From: Acholeplasmataceae bacterium
GTDB taxonomy: Bacteria > Bacillota_I > Bacilli_A > Acholeplasmatales > Acholeplasmataceae
Direction: 5' to 3'
Assembly: GCA_963675245.1 (NCBI GenBank)
Contig: OY775910.1
Coordinates: forward strand, 320,001-384,000
DNA: 64,000 bases
In this document: positions 50,201 to 59,325 of the stretch, one piece after another
Layout of the letters: every line of letters begins with the position of its first letter
Numbering within the stretch: the first letter of the stretch is position 1
Program-made: the position numbers and the translations under genes
Notes under the pieces: generated by a model
Seen by the model: the letters and a program-made list of their open reading frames with translations, nothing else
Databases searched by the model: none
What the model was told of the DNA's origin: nothing

Positions 50201-52688
50201 AATCTTTGATCGTTGGTAAGAATCCTGTTAAATCAATATCTTCATATCCACCATCAACACCGACAGTGTGATTGGCAGATAAATAAGCAGCAGCATCATG
50301 AGCAAAATCAATAATCGTGCCTATATCATCGCTTAACAACATATCTGATGGTGTATAGACAGTATCGGTCATATCAAGATAACTGATGATATTTCCAAAT
50401 ACAGTTTCATCTACTTTTGTGAGTATTTGAAGACTTGTGAGCGCTGTTCTAAACGCTGTGTAGTCATCTGGTAACATATCACCAAATGCTGAAACAAGCG
50501 CAAGTTTATCATCAAGTGATGACTCACTAAAAGCACCTAAATCAGTAAACTTTATAACCTTGTTTAGTTCTTCTGCAACTGTAATGATGTTGTTAATTTC
50601 TTGACCAATATTGAAATCAAAATCTTCATTCGCATCGAGTAAAACACCTTGAACAATCGTTTTTAGTCCATCATCAGCAATCATGTTATCAATCGCGAAT
50701 GGTGCAACCATTTCTAATGCACTACCCACTAAGTCACTGCTTTCAAAGATAGCAGAGACAATCGCTTTAAGACTCGTAACATTATCTTCATCACCCATAA
50801 CCATATCTGCATATGCTAGCATATCTGGATCTTCTGCAAAGATTGTCTCAATACTCAGTTTCAATGCTTCATTATAGATATCACCGATATTTTCGATTTC
50901 ATGACCCCAGTCAATTTCAGCAAGGGAAATCGCGAGATCACCTGCTAATTCATCAGCAATCTGATCACCACCGACTAGGTATAAAGCAAAATCTACACCA
51001 ATTGGTAACCCATTAACAATAAGTTCCATATCTGCTAACTGGGTAAATAATGCCGTAACAAACGTTTCAGTTTGTGCAGCTATAATCTCTTCAATGTTAC
51101 CACCGCTATTTAAAATGCCTACTAAGTCAACGGTTGAATCTGTTAGAACTAATTCTAATAAATCAGCAATTTTGCTAATTTGTCCATCTTCACCAATGAA
51201 GAATGATGGACCATCATGATATAAATTATCTGGATCTTGGTCTTCATCATAACCAAGAATAAAAGCAAGTTTTTCTCTTAAATATGCTTCAGGATCATCT
51301 GCCCACGCAATGCTTTGTTGCATTTCAGGTAACATAATCGCATATTCAATACCTAAGTTTAATGCAGCAAGCAAGTGTAGATTACCAACCGCACGAATGA
51401 CATCAATTAAAGCTGTAATTTGATCAGCATCTAAATTTGCAAGTGCACTTGGATCATCCATAAGTGCGATTATTTCAGCAGGAGACATAAAATCACTTAA
51501 TGCGCCAACCAAAGCAGCAACGCGATTAAATTCTTCTTGCCAATTAGTATCCACTAAATATTGAAGTGTCGCTTGTAGTGTATCGCTTGTCCAATCAATA
51601 TCTGCTAACGGTCCTGTAGTGACCAGTGTTGGAATAAGTTCTGGTGCTTTTTCAAGTCCAGAAGTGAGTAAATAACTAAGTAAATCGGATTTACCGATTG
51701 TTTGAATAATGAGTTGCGCATTGGCAATATCATTATCGTCAATGGTTGATAAGTCCGACCAATCGCGATCTAAATAACCATTGTTTAAAATAATAGATGC
51801 AACATCTATAATATTTTCTAGTTCTTGAATAAAATTGACGCTTGCATTTTGAATAGTAGGATCGTTGATGATTGGTGTAAACATAGAATCAAACACATAA
51901 CGATCAAAAGAGACACCGTTCACGGTAATCGCATTTGTTATTTGACCAAAGCCACCTGCATTCATCTCATCAATTTCTTGTAAGTATTTATCAATTTCAT
52001 CATATGGACTAGCTGTTTGACTACCATTTGATAACGTTGTCGCATCAGCAGGATCGCTTAATGTCGGAATTGATCCCGGGTCAAGTTTTCCAATAAAACT
52101 ACTAAAAACTAAAAGGGGAAGTAAAGCAACAAACGCGACTAAAACGCCACGTACACCACCAATTAACCCTCCTGAAAAGCGACTTAATAGACTAAGCTTA
52201 AGTTTTTTCTTTTTCTTGAACTTCTTATTGTTTCCCATTTCTTCATGTTCAAGTTCTAATGCCTCATTTTGTTTGGCAAGCATTCTTTTAAGAAAGATGT
52301 GTTTCCAAATAGGGCGGAAAATGATTAACGTTAGTAACCAACGAACAATAGGAAATAGTATCGCATATAAAATGATTTTAAACACTAAATCTAAAATCAT
52401 AAAAATAACTGGTGTAATAGCGGGATCTGCATAGTAGTTTCTAAAATCACTTAAGATGCCTCCAGCAAGACCGTTAGCCCAATCAATAATACCAACCATG
52501 CTTTCTTGCGTCGTGAAAAACCATGTGAGTGTAAATTGAGCAATCATCACAATCGTTAAGGTTGCTGTTACGACATAAGCAAGTAAAAACCAGGCAGATT
52601 TTGCGGTCCCCCTTTTCATTCCTAACAGGAAATGTATTAGTACAAAGAAACCCACAAGCATCCATTGCATTTGCAGCAAAGTTGGCAT
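44274..52688 (-). CDS. Giant (2804 aa) acidic membrane-anchored repeat protein with a CvpA-like N-terminal membrane region
   Basis: Single uninterrupted ORF; about 4 N-terminal TM segments (LGMKRG...LSRFSGGLIGGVRG); Asp/Leu/Ile-rich repeats. Confidence 0.88.
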   Translation of the reverse strand: MPTLLQMQWMLVGFFVLIHFLLGMKRGTAKSAWFLLAYVVTATLTIVMIAQFTLTWFFTTQESMVGIIDWANGLAGGILSDFRNYYADPAITPVIFMILDLVFKIILYAILFPIVRWLLTLIIFRPIWKHIFLKRMLAKQNEALELEHEEMGNNKKFKKKKKLKLSLLSRFSGGLIGGVRGVLVAFVALLPLLVFSSFIGKLDPGSIPTLSDPADATTLSNGSQTASPYDEIDKYLQEIDEMNAGGFGQITNAITVNGVSFDRYVFDSMFTPIINDPTIQNASVNFIQELENIIDVASIILNNGYLDRDWSDLSTIDDNDIANAQLIIQTIGKSDLLSYLLTSGLEKAPELIPTLVTTGPLADIDWTSDTLQATLQYLVDTNWQEEFNRVAALVGALSDFMSPAEIIALMDDPSALANLDADQITALIDVIRAVGNLHLLAALNLGIEYAIMLPEMQQSIAWADDPEAYLREKLAFILGYDEDQDPDNLYHDGPSFFIGEDGQISKIADLLELVLTDSTVDLVGILNSGGNIEEIIAAQTETFVTALFTQLADMELIVNGLPIGVDFALYLVGGDQIADELAGDLAISLAEIDWGHEIENIGDIYNEALKLSIETIFAEDPDMLAYADMVMGDEDNVTSLKAIVSAIFESSDLVGSALEMVAPFAIDNMIADDGLKTIVQGVLLDANEDFDFNIGQEINNIITVAEELNKVIKFTDLGAFSESSLDDKLALVSAFGDMLPDDYTAFRTALTSLQILTKVDETVFGNIISYLDMTDTVYTPSDMLLSDDIGTIIDFAHDAAAYLSANHTVGVDGGYEDIDLTGFLPTIKDFLTSTDDRSDLIFYNIVNQLQKLANEGSLSEYLTIPDSLPIGSDQIENTAWDTEISALIGAVFDIATSIGEVDGVTLSASGVQSYMAVASGLPIEVITKFADVTEANAAFGNLDNSLILRASVTNLIDSQGASLSDSLFGHVLATPAHLVNANGVLEAGAFTDLINGVATLLDDMNQTMGFTTIGELRGNDISVFLQAFNQTDDASIDALMSSSLIHGIISDLITDPLFQQGLADTINDAQDLFTVDATIFGMDPLLLDAAYAPTDVLVTEEATNILLMLKAMQLSNFEDIGLDMFTEMFDRNIDVTTGHDDFDRFLSSGYIYSVIDGILQDPAVTNLISDQLGPSLGIDMSTLDLTLPVEMLGQQSDADLGNIDQIEVGRLPKAEFRKVFTSISLVDMEDIGINTFTSLVSPVESPDDFTTFIDSDFIYFILASLIGFDGFSNYIGEQLAGSFGDMTLDVTVPIDAKGSQADADADLIDQLEVNRISRNELRSIMISFSMIDIENPGIGSLLGLFEVTSYIPESADPLEDRDNDFYQFVDSKFLQSMISQLLLDDFIIDTIAGTDSATPLFNSADFDIPAPALYTPAGGSERLSKDEIFYIFNGLKELGISDNFDDIDLGLNTIKSIDDEALLKSEYLYAVLNLAISGQASLTIPADAFALTGDYAGMITKDEIHKLFVAVNTLPPETDPTDLQIDTITNDQIMSVINAESKIINQMISDQVVTALNNVVAVPIDNVSLPEAYETIASYPTVVRLKTDEMRALVVTMSAEVLNITSLSESFAITSVTVNELQNLHDLGLGEDQVGVAGYDYDSYIIHYLITDQIEKDATLNVNQLTLPEAYNDDSGYTRLNADEIQALIQTMDELGIDFNLGFSMSSVTSTDLLKVHYLGLGDDPNASGTEELDSYIIHKLITEQIEADATLNVDQTTVPEAYFENSITLNDWMEPLEVEALIIAMGPDVLNIDFNTGFTINAVTSDQLMKVHYLGLGAGLVGTYTTDYDSYIIHKLITEQIEADLTLNVDETTVPEAYYVDAKLGNTWMDPLEVEALIIAMGTDVLNINFSTGFSISSVTSDQLMQVHYLGLGAGLVGTYTTDYKSYIIHKLITEQIEADLTLNVDQVTVPEAYYVDAKLGNTWMDPLEVEALIIAMGTDVLNIDFNTGFSISTVTSDQLMQVHYLGLGTGLVGTYTTDYDSYIIHKLITEQIEADLTLNVDETTVPEAYYVDAKLGNTWMKPLEVEALIIAMGTDALNINFSTGFSISTVTSTQLMQVHYLGLGTGLVGTYTTDYESYIIHKLITEQIENDVNLGVDQLTVPEAYYVDPTLGNTWMAPEEVEALIIAMGTDVLNIDFNTGFSVSTISSDVLMDVHYLGLGTGLVGTYTTDYESYIIHKLITEQIESDPTLNVSQLTIPEAYFQEPTTLNYWMKAKEVEALITAMGPTVLNIDFNTGFSISTINSSVLMDVHYLGLGDDPDVVALDELDSYIIHKMITDQIEADLTLNVNQGNLPEAYYVDATLGNTWMKPLEVEALIIAMSPDVLDINFSSGFSVSSTSKADLLNIHYLGLGTGLVGTYTTDYESYIIHKMVSSQIESALTVDQLTIPEAYDLSVEGNYWMKPLEVEALIQSMDVIGILDFGSPVSITTVGLSDLQDLHYLGLGTGILVGLSTDYESYIIHNLMTEQIETALSVDDTSVPEAYTSASGTSRMEADEIQALLDAMGPTVLGFNDLSGSFALSTITVGKLKLLDYIGLGDPTHLFSAFDSYLIHNLLSDNIAATLDEPSTAHMNDDPLDYMEATEVTDVIEAMIIINGGNDTAQLGSFGTINDSSFTRTVLGDLIALDSLTVYRLISTGFISSGIATLESYADALEPSTTYDPLDPGKDMKEEEIVGVYDAMVILNINDITEVLGITVADVTGKTDGEIDTLFNNNNTILYFIIDDLIDPGSSNPLFLVPRWTDESLSERVDRAELIQVLKDAE
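44900..48070 (-). repeat. Coding tandem repeat array, about 11-12 units of 288 nt / 96 aa
   Basis: Recurrent SYIIHKLITEQIE...PEAY...WM.PLEVEALIIAMG...HYLGLG; TTAACTTATG at 46601 and 46889 (288 nt apart). Confidence 0.95.
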
Positions 52689-52768
52689 AGTAGTCCCACC
52701 TTTCCACTACTTTTGTAAAACTAGTTTAATTTTATCAAATCTGATTATAAATCACAAACGATTGATTT

Positions 52769-53665
52769 CTATTTATTATCGTTTTTACGCGCAATAAACG
52801 GATTAACATGTACCATGCAGTGTATGACGTCTGGAAATTGTTTTTCAACACCAATGTGAACTGTTTCTGCGATCTGATGTGCTTTAACCAACGATAAATT
52901 TTGATCCACACCAATTTCAACATCCACATAATATTCTGTCATGTGTCTTCTGACTTTTAAATCATCGATGCTAAGTACACCATAAATATCTAAAATAGCA
53001 ACTCTAATATCATCAAGCAAATCCTTTACAGGTGCTTCATCTACTAAATAAGAAACAGCTTCAATCAAAATTTGAATCGCGAGTCTTAAGATGAATAATG
53101 CAACAATCAAGGCTGCAATCGCATCAAATATTACAAATCCAAATTGAGTGAGTATTAAACCGATTAATGTCGCACCCGTAGACCAACCATCAATAAAGTG
53201 GTTTTTAGCTTCTGCTTTTAAAGTTGGATTATGAAATGTTTTATTTAATTTGAAATAAAAATACGCTAAGAAAATCTTAATGGCAAGGGCGACTGCTGAA
53301 ATATAGACAGTAATCCGTAAAGGTGCACTAACAGACATATCATTTTTAATAATCGATGAAACAGCTTGATAACCTAGTAATATAGCAGTTATAAGAAAGA
53401 CAATCCCTAATGTGAAATAAAGAATACCTTCAAATTTTTGATGACCATAAGGGTGATTTTCATCTGGTTTTTTCGTAGCGATTCTAATCACGAAGAAAAT
53501 AATAATACTCATAAAGACATCAGAAAATGAATTATATCCATCACTGATTAGTGCTTGTGAACCACCATAATAACCAAAACCCAATTTAATACCAGCAAGC
53601 AAAATATTTAATGCTAAACCAATAAAAACGGCATTCATGATTTGTTTTCTGCTATCTTTTGTCAT
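52769..53665 (-). CDS. Cation diffusion facilitator (FieF/MntE-like)
   Basis: SQALISD, KPDENHPYGH, 6 TM, C-terminal AHQIA...VHVNP. Confidence 0.94.
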   Translation of the reverse strand: MTKDSRKQIMNAVFIGLALNILLAGIKLGFGYYGGSQALISDGYNSFSDVFMSIIIFFVIRIATKKPDENHPYGHQKFEGILYFTLGIVFLITAILLGYQAVSSIIKNDMSVSAPLRITVYISAVALAIKIFLAYFYFKLNKTFHNPTLKAEAKNHFIDGWSTGATLIGLILTQFGFVIFDAIAALIVALFILRLAIQILIEAVSYLVDEAPVKDLLDDIRVAILDIYGVLSIDDLKVRRHMTEYYVDVEIGVDQNLSLVKAHQIAETVHIGVEKQFPDVIHCMVHVNPFIARKNDNK

Positions 53666-53678
53666 AATCGAAATCCTT

Positions 53679-56642
53679 TTACTTAACCAATCTTGTAATT
53701 TTCTCTAAAATATATGATTTTTTATCTTTGTAATTATTTTCTTTAATCGAAAAAATCTTCATTTCTTGATCATGCAATTCGTCTTCATAACGAGCATATG
53801 TTCTGGTGAATAACGTCGCTTCCACACGCGTTTCACCATCTTCTATGGTTACAAATCCCATTTTATCATCATTTTTAGTTTTTATCTCTTTTATATCTGA
53901 AATAAATCCAAGTGCTTTAACCATCGGTTTCGTCGATAAATCAATCAATTTGTCCAAATTGTTTTTTTCAATAAAATCTTGATGAACAATAAGGGGATGA
54001 TAAGTTAAGTTAAATCCAAGTGCTTGTTTTTCTCTTTCAGCAAGTTCAGAAAAAGGAAATTCTTCATATGATTTCATCTTGAAATCATCCATGTAAAGTT
54101 CATAATCAGCAAACGACACCTCTTGCTGTTCAAAAAGTGTCCGGTGATTTAAATTAAAACGGTCTAGTGCACCCGCATCAATTAACATCTCAATATTACG
54201 TTGATTTAATACTGATTTTAACCGTAATTTAAAATCCTGATAGTCTTTAAACGTTGCTTCATGTCTTTCTTCTAGAATTTTTGAGACGAGTACTTTTCCT
54301 AAATTCTTAATTTGTGTAAGTGGTAATCGAATTCCTTCTTTTGATAGTTCATAGCGATCAGTACTTAAGTTAATGTCTGGTGGTAAAACTCTGATTTGAT
54401 GACGTTTGACATCTTGAATATAATCAAAAGTTGTTTGACTATTACCGATAACATTTGACATCAATACGGTCATAAACATATCATAATAATTTACTTTTAA
54501 ATAAGTCATTTGATAGGCAACCAAACCATAAGCGACACTATGACTTCGGTTAAACCCATAATCTGCAAACTTAACGATATAATCATATATTTCTTCAGCA
54601 ACCGTTGCACTATAGCCTTTTTGTCTGCATTTTTCGTTAAATCTGATGCGTTCCTTCTCTAATATGTCATGATTCTTTTTAGAGATACCTCTTCGAAGTA
54701 AATCTGCTTCAGATAGCGTGTAACCTGCAAATTCGTGAGCAATCTTCATGATTTGCTCTTGATAAACAATAATGCCATAGGTTGACGCTAGAATAGGTTC
54801 TAAATCTTTATGTAGATAATGAAATGACTCACCATTTCTCCGTTTCACATATGTATCTATATGGTCCATTGGACCTGGTCTGTAAAGAGCGAGTATCGCG
54901 ACGATGTCTTCAAATTCACGTGGTTTTAATTTACGTAATGCAGCACGCATACCTGATGATTCTAGTTGGAAAATACCAAACGTGTCTGCCTCACTTAATG
55001 TCCTGTAAACTTTTGGATCATCCAAAGGAATCTCCATCAAATTAAACTTAGCGTCTTTGTCTTTAATTAAGTCAACCACATCATTGATAATGGCAAGGTT
55101 TCTAATGCCTAAAAAATCTATCTTTAATAGACCCAATTTTTCTAAATCAGATGCTTCCCATTGTGATTGATAATAACCGTTATTATCTAACTGTAAAGGT
55201 AGGTATTTTGTTAAATCTTGTTTCGCTAAAATCATACCTGCAGCATGTGTACCAGTATGTCTAGGTAACCCTTCGATACGTTTTGATACATCTCTTAATT
55301 TCATCATTTCACGATCAGTTTCGTCTAATTTATCACTCGTAATACGCTTGATAATACCTGTGACGCGATTATGATCAATGTCCATGACTCTTGCAATATC
55401 TCTTATGGATGATTTAACGGCGAAGGTCCCGAATGTTACAATCGAAATCATGTGTTCTTTTCCGTACTTTTCACTGACATAACGGATCACATCATCTCTT
55501 CTGTTATCTGGAAAATCCAGATCAATGTCAGGCATTGTAATTCTTGCCGGATTTAAGAATCTTTCAAATAATAAGTCATATTTAATTGGATCAACATCTG
55601 TAATCCCTAAACAATATGAAACAAGTGAACCAGCTGCTGATCCTCTACCAGGACCAACCAAAATACCGTTTTGTTTTGCATATCTAACAAAATCAAAAAC
55701 AATTAAGAAATAATTATCGTAACCCATATCATGAATCACATTCAGTTCATAAATGAGTCTTTCTTGATAAATATCATGATTAACTTTCAATCCTGTTAAT
55801 CGTTTTTTTAATCCCATGATTGCTAACGATTTTAAATACTCAGAAGTCACCGCACCTCTCGTATCATAAACTGGCATATCAAAGACGGGTGAAACCCATT
55901 TAAATGTGATTGTACGCACCAGTTCATCCGCATTATCAAATACAAAAGGATAATCAATAAACATGGCTTGAAGTTCTTTTTGAGTTAAAAATTTATAATT
56001 CGCTGTTTCAGGTATAACAACATCGCTCCTACCTATTTTAAGTAGTGCTTGATATGTTTCTTTATCACCTTCATCAAAATACGATGTTTGATGTAATGGT
56101 AATAATTTGAGTTTGTTTTCTTCAGCAATTTGAGTAAGATAGGGTGCTACTTTAATTTCTAAATCAATGGTATCTAAACATAGTCCAATATAGAGGTTTT
56201 TTATTTCTTTTTTTAATCTTTTAACAAATGAATGCGCATCCGTTAAGTTTTCATTGATGATGTATTTTGTTAGTAATGAATCTTCACCAGAAGTAATGAT
56301 AATTAACCCTTCTTGATGATTGACTAAATCTGCATAATCAAGTTTATGGGTTGATTTTTTAAGTGCTAGTTTTAAAAGATTTTCATAACCCCTTTGGGTT
56401 TTAACATAAGCAAAAAAAGACGTGTCATATATATCAAATATAACGTCTAATTTAAGCCCTATAATCGGCTTAAGACCAGCCTTTTCACTCATTTGAATAA
56501 AGCGATATAATGCATGCAAATTATCATCTGCAAGTCCAATCCATTGAAATCCGTTTTTCTTAGTCACTTCAACGAGATCTTTTAATGGTATGGTGTTTTT
56601 TAAAAGGCTGTATTCACTTTGCATATAAAATGTGGAAAACAT
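53679..56642 (-). CDS. dnaE: DNA polymerase III alpha subunit (DnaE)
   Basis: GPGRGSAAGS, FERFLNP, PDIDLD, HAAG, KIDFLG, YGFNRSH. Confidence 0.97.
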   Translation of the reverse strand: MFSTFYMQSEYSLLKNTIPLKDLVEVTKKNGFQWIGLADDNLHALYRFIQMSEKAGLKPIIGLKLDVIFDIYDTSFFAYVKTQRGYENLLKLALKKSTHKLDYADLVNHQEGLIIITSGEDSLLTKYIINENLTDAHSFVKRLKKEIKNLYIGLCLDTIDLEIKVAPYLTQIAEENKLKLLPLHQTSYFDEGDKETYQALLKIGRSDVVIPETANYKFLTQKELQAMFIDYPFVFDNADELVRTITFKWVSPVFDMPVYDTRGAVTSEYLKSLAIMGLKKRLTGLKVNHDIYQERLIYELNVIHDMGYDNYFLIVFDFVRYAKQNGILVGPGRGSAAGSLVSYCLGITDVDPIKYDLLFERFLNPARITMPDIDLDFPDNRRDDVIRYVSEKYGKEHMISIVTFGTFAVKSSIRDIARVMDIDHNRVTGIIKRITSDKLDETDREMMKLRDVSKRIEGLPRHTGTHAAGMILAKQDLTKYLPLQLDNNGYYQSQWEASDLEKLGLLKIDFLGIRNLAIINDVVDLIKDKDAKFNLMEIPLDDPKVYRTLSEADTFGIFQLESSGMRAALRKLKPREFEDIVAILALYRPGPMDHIDTYVKRRNGESFHYLHKDLEPILASTYGIIVYQEQIMKIAHEFAGYTLSEADLLRRGISKKNHDILEKERIRFNEKCRQKGYSATVAEEIYDYIVKFADYGFNRSHSVAYGLVAYQMTYLKVNYYDMFMTVLMSNVIGNSQTTFDYIQDVKRHQIRVLPPDINLSTDRYELSKEGIRLPLTQIKNLGKVLVSKILEERHEATFKDYQDFKLRLKSVLNQRNIEMLIDAGALDRFNLNHRTLFEQQEVSFADYELYMDDFKMKSYEEFPFSELAEREKQALGFNLTYHPLIVHQDFIEKNNLDKLIDLSTKPMVKALGFISDIKEIKTKNDDKMGFVTIEDGETRVEATLFTRTYARYEDELHDQEMKIFSIKENNYKDKKSYILEKITRLVK

Positions 56643-56725
56643 CTAATCACCCTTTATGTCCATTATATCAATTTAGCTAGTGAAACACTAAAAAAAAATG
56701 CTTTGCAGCATTTTTAATTGGTTAC

Positions 56726-57154
56726 TCAAAAACTTGCAAAACCTTTACCGAATTCAAAGCACTCCTCTTCTTCATCTGAAGATGGTGTTGAATTGATTTT
56801 TAATCCTTGTGCATAAAGGTTAGCACCAGCTTCTTTCACACGTGGTTCCCAAGCATCCATCCATTCACCATCACCCCAGCCATATGAACCAAAGATCGCG
56901 ACTTTTTTACCCGCTAAATCACCTTCAATGTCTTGGAAGAAAGGTTCAAATTCTTCTTCTTCTAATTCCTCAACACCCATCGACGGGCAACCAAACGCAA
57001 TTTTATCAAATGATTGAATGTCTTCAAGTGATACAGCATCCACTGTTCGATAATCTACTTCTAAACCACCAGCTTCAAGACCTTCTTTAATTTTTTCAGC
57101 CATTATTTCTGTATTTCCTGTACCCGTCCAATAGACGAGTAGTACGTCAGCCAT
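56726..57154 (-). CDS. Short-chain flavodoxin
   Basis: YWTGTGNTE, GCPSMG, FGSYGWG. Confidence 0.95.
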   Translation of the reverse strand: MADVLLVYWTGTGNTEIMAEKIKEGLEAGGLEVDYRTVDAVSLEDIQSFDKIAFGCPSMGVEELEEEEFEPFFQDIEGDLAGKKVAIFGSYGWGDGEWMDAWEPRVKEAGANLYAQGLKINSTPSSDEEEECFEFGKGFASF

Positions 57155-57183
57155 AATTTGTCATCTCCTCTTTATACGTCCAT

Positions 57184-57212
57184 ATTATAGGTGATACAAC
57201 ACACGATGTCAA
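57184..57212 (-). promoter_or_regulatory. Flavodoxin promoter
   Basis: Exact TTGACA-17-TATAAT. Confidence 0.85.
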
Positions 57213-57222
57213 AGGATTTAAT

Positions 57223-59280
57223 CTAACCCCTCTTCTTAATCGCGACCATGATAATACCTCCAGTTAAGAGAATCACAGTCATCGGTATAAAATTTTCAAA
57301 TGTGTATGGTTGATTGTGTGCTATAATCACTATCGATCTTTGTGCCATACTATAATTTCCTCTTGCATCTTGACAAATATAAGTGATGATTTGTTCACCA
57401 GGGATATGTGTATCAATATGGGATGGAAAAACCATGATATCATATGAAGACGTTTCTTCATAAATCGTTACGCCATCTAATAAATTTATATCATCATATT
57501 GGTTAATCGTTAGATTACTAAACGTAATAGTCGGTGCGATAAAGTCATCGACATATACCGTTAGCACCTTCATCGCATCATTACCTGAACTATCCATGAT
57601 CTCATAAGTGATTTGATAGACACCTACCGTTTGAACATCCACTTCACCATGAATAATAACATCATCAATTGTTAAATCATCATAATTGTCGTCAACAGAT
57701 TGAATATATGCATATAAATGTAGGGCTTCGCTATGGACTGATATTGTTAAACTTTCTTTAGTCAATTCAATGATTGGTGAGGTAACATCGATAATAAATA
57801 ACTCTGTATCATAAGATGTTATTTGACCAGATGTATCACTCACATGAACTGTAAGTGGATAAATGCCCAATGTCTCATAGTCAACATCATGATCATCGAT
57901 GGTTATCATTAAAGATGCTTTATCGTCATAATTATCAAAAACATCAAAATAGCTATCTAGAACATGTGGTAAAAAATCAGTAATGACGATATCATTAATT
58001 TGTGTCATGCCAGGTGGAGTTATATCTATAATCTCAATGTAGTCGTAATATGTTGATACATTACCACTGGTATCCTCAGCCGTAACAATAATTGGATATA
58101 AACCTATCTTGTCATAATCAATATCCGTTTCAATTTGAATATCTAACACATCTTCATCATAATTATCGGTTACTAAAAAATAAGAAGCTATAAATAGTTC
58201 AGGACTAAAGACAGGGAAGACGAGGTCTTCTTTTTTTGTAATGATAGGCTTAACATTATCAATAACCTCAATCTCTAATGTCTCATTGACTTCATGACCT
58301 TGATCATCTGTTAGGTGATAAAAAATGTGATAACTGCCTATACGATCAATTTGAATATCATGAGAGATTGCAACATCCAAACTATTTAATATGTCATCAC
58401 CGTCACCAACAGATATAATGAACTTCCTTAAGTCATCTAAAGCATCTTCATCATACACGGTCATTGGTGCGGGATTAGTTTGTAATAAGATAAATGGTTC
58501 ACTAACATCAATAATTGTTAAAATCGTCTTCAATTCTGATTGATTACCGCTTTGATCAATCGCTTTAATCGTGACTTCAAAGCTACCTTCTAAATCATAA
58601 TTAATGGTTGATTCATCCATGCTAGGGTGAATAAATTGATCGTAATTATCTTCTACACTAAAATAATCACGCATCAAATAAGTCTCACCTAGTTCAATCA
58701 CAAAATCTTTTTTCTGAATAATCTGCGGTTTTGTTGTGTCAACAATATGGACATAGCTTGATAACGTCGTTTCATTTAAGGAAGTATCCATGACCGTATA
58801 CGTTATATCATATATGCCTACAACGTCATATAGCACGCTATTTGTATGATATGAGATCATCAAGTTTTCGATGTCATCATAGTTATCACTATAATAAAAA
58901 CCCTCCTCATAATCTGGTGGATCAGATCCAACTTCTAATGTGAAGACAGGTAATCGGTCAATTGAGGGACGAATATCATCAATGACATTAAATGTAATGG
59001 TGTATTCTTTTCTGTAATCATACTGTTCAAAGTATGCTTCAAAATCAACATAATACGTTCTAACGATGTTTGTGTTCACGACAGATAAAAACGTTCTATT
59101 CACACCATCGGTTTGCATATATGGTATATCGCTTTGAGCCACACCATCAACGATGATAACCGCTTCAACCATATCTGCATAATCATTGATGTCTGCACCT
59201 AAAGGCACATCAAGAATAGCGTTAAACCAAGAGACAGTGATGGTAGTTAAAATTGTCATAAATTGCGTCAAAAAAGCCAT
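57223..59280 (-). CDS. Surface protein with about 8 bacterial Ig-like (DUF5011-like) repeats and a C-terminal TM anchor
   Basis: Repeated D..P.I...DNYD...G.Y.I...D.SGN; hydrophobic tail ending in KKRG. Confidence 0.85.
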   Translation of the reverse strand: MAFLTQFMTILTTITVSWFNAILDVPLGADINDYADMVEAVIIVDGVAQSDIPYMQTDGVNRTFLSVVNTNIVRTYYVDFEAYFEQYDYRKEYTITFNVIDDIRPSIDRLPVFTLEVGSDPPDYEEGFYYSDNYDDIENLMISYHTNSVLYDVVGIYDITYTVMDTSLNETTLSSYVHIVDTTKPQIIQKKDFVIELGETYLMRDYFSVEDNYDQFIHPSMDESTINYDLEGSFEVTIKAIDQSGNQSELKTILTIIDVSEPFILLQTNPAPMTVYDEDALDDLRKFIISVGDGDDILNSLDVAISHDIQIDRIGSYHIFYHLTDDQGHEVNETLEIEVIDNVKPIITKKEDLVFPVFSPELFIASYFLVTDNYDEDVLDIQIETDIDYDKIGLYPIIVTAEDTSGNVSTYYDYIEIIDITPPGMTQINDIVITDFLPHVLDSYFDVFDNYDDKASLMITIDDHDVDYETLGIYPLTVHVSDTSGQITSYDTELFIIDVTSPIIELTKESLTISVHSEALHLYAYIQSVDDNYDDLTIDDVIIHGEVDVQTVGVYQITYEIMDSSGNDAMKVLTVYVDDFIAPTITFSNLTINQYDDINLLDGVTIYEETSSYDIMVFPSHIDTHIPGEQIITYICQDARGNYSMAQRSIVIIAHNQPYTFENFIPMTVILLTGGIIMVAIKKRG

Positions 59281-59325
59281 ATGATCACCTCTATTAAATA
59301 ATAGTGTTTCACATGGCTTTTTACT

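Noticed and set aside
56400..56642. DnaE PHP domain lacking metal-binding His residues as a novelty
   Set aside because: A degenerate PHP domain is common in DnaE of PolC-containing lineages
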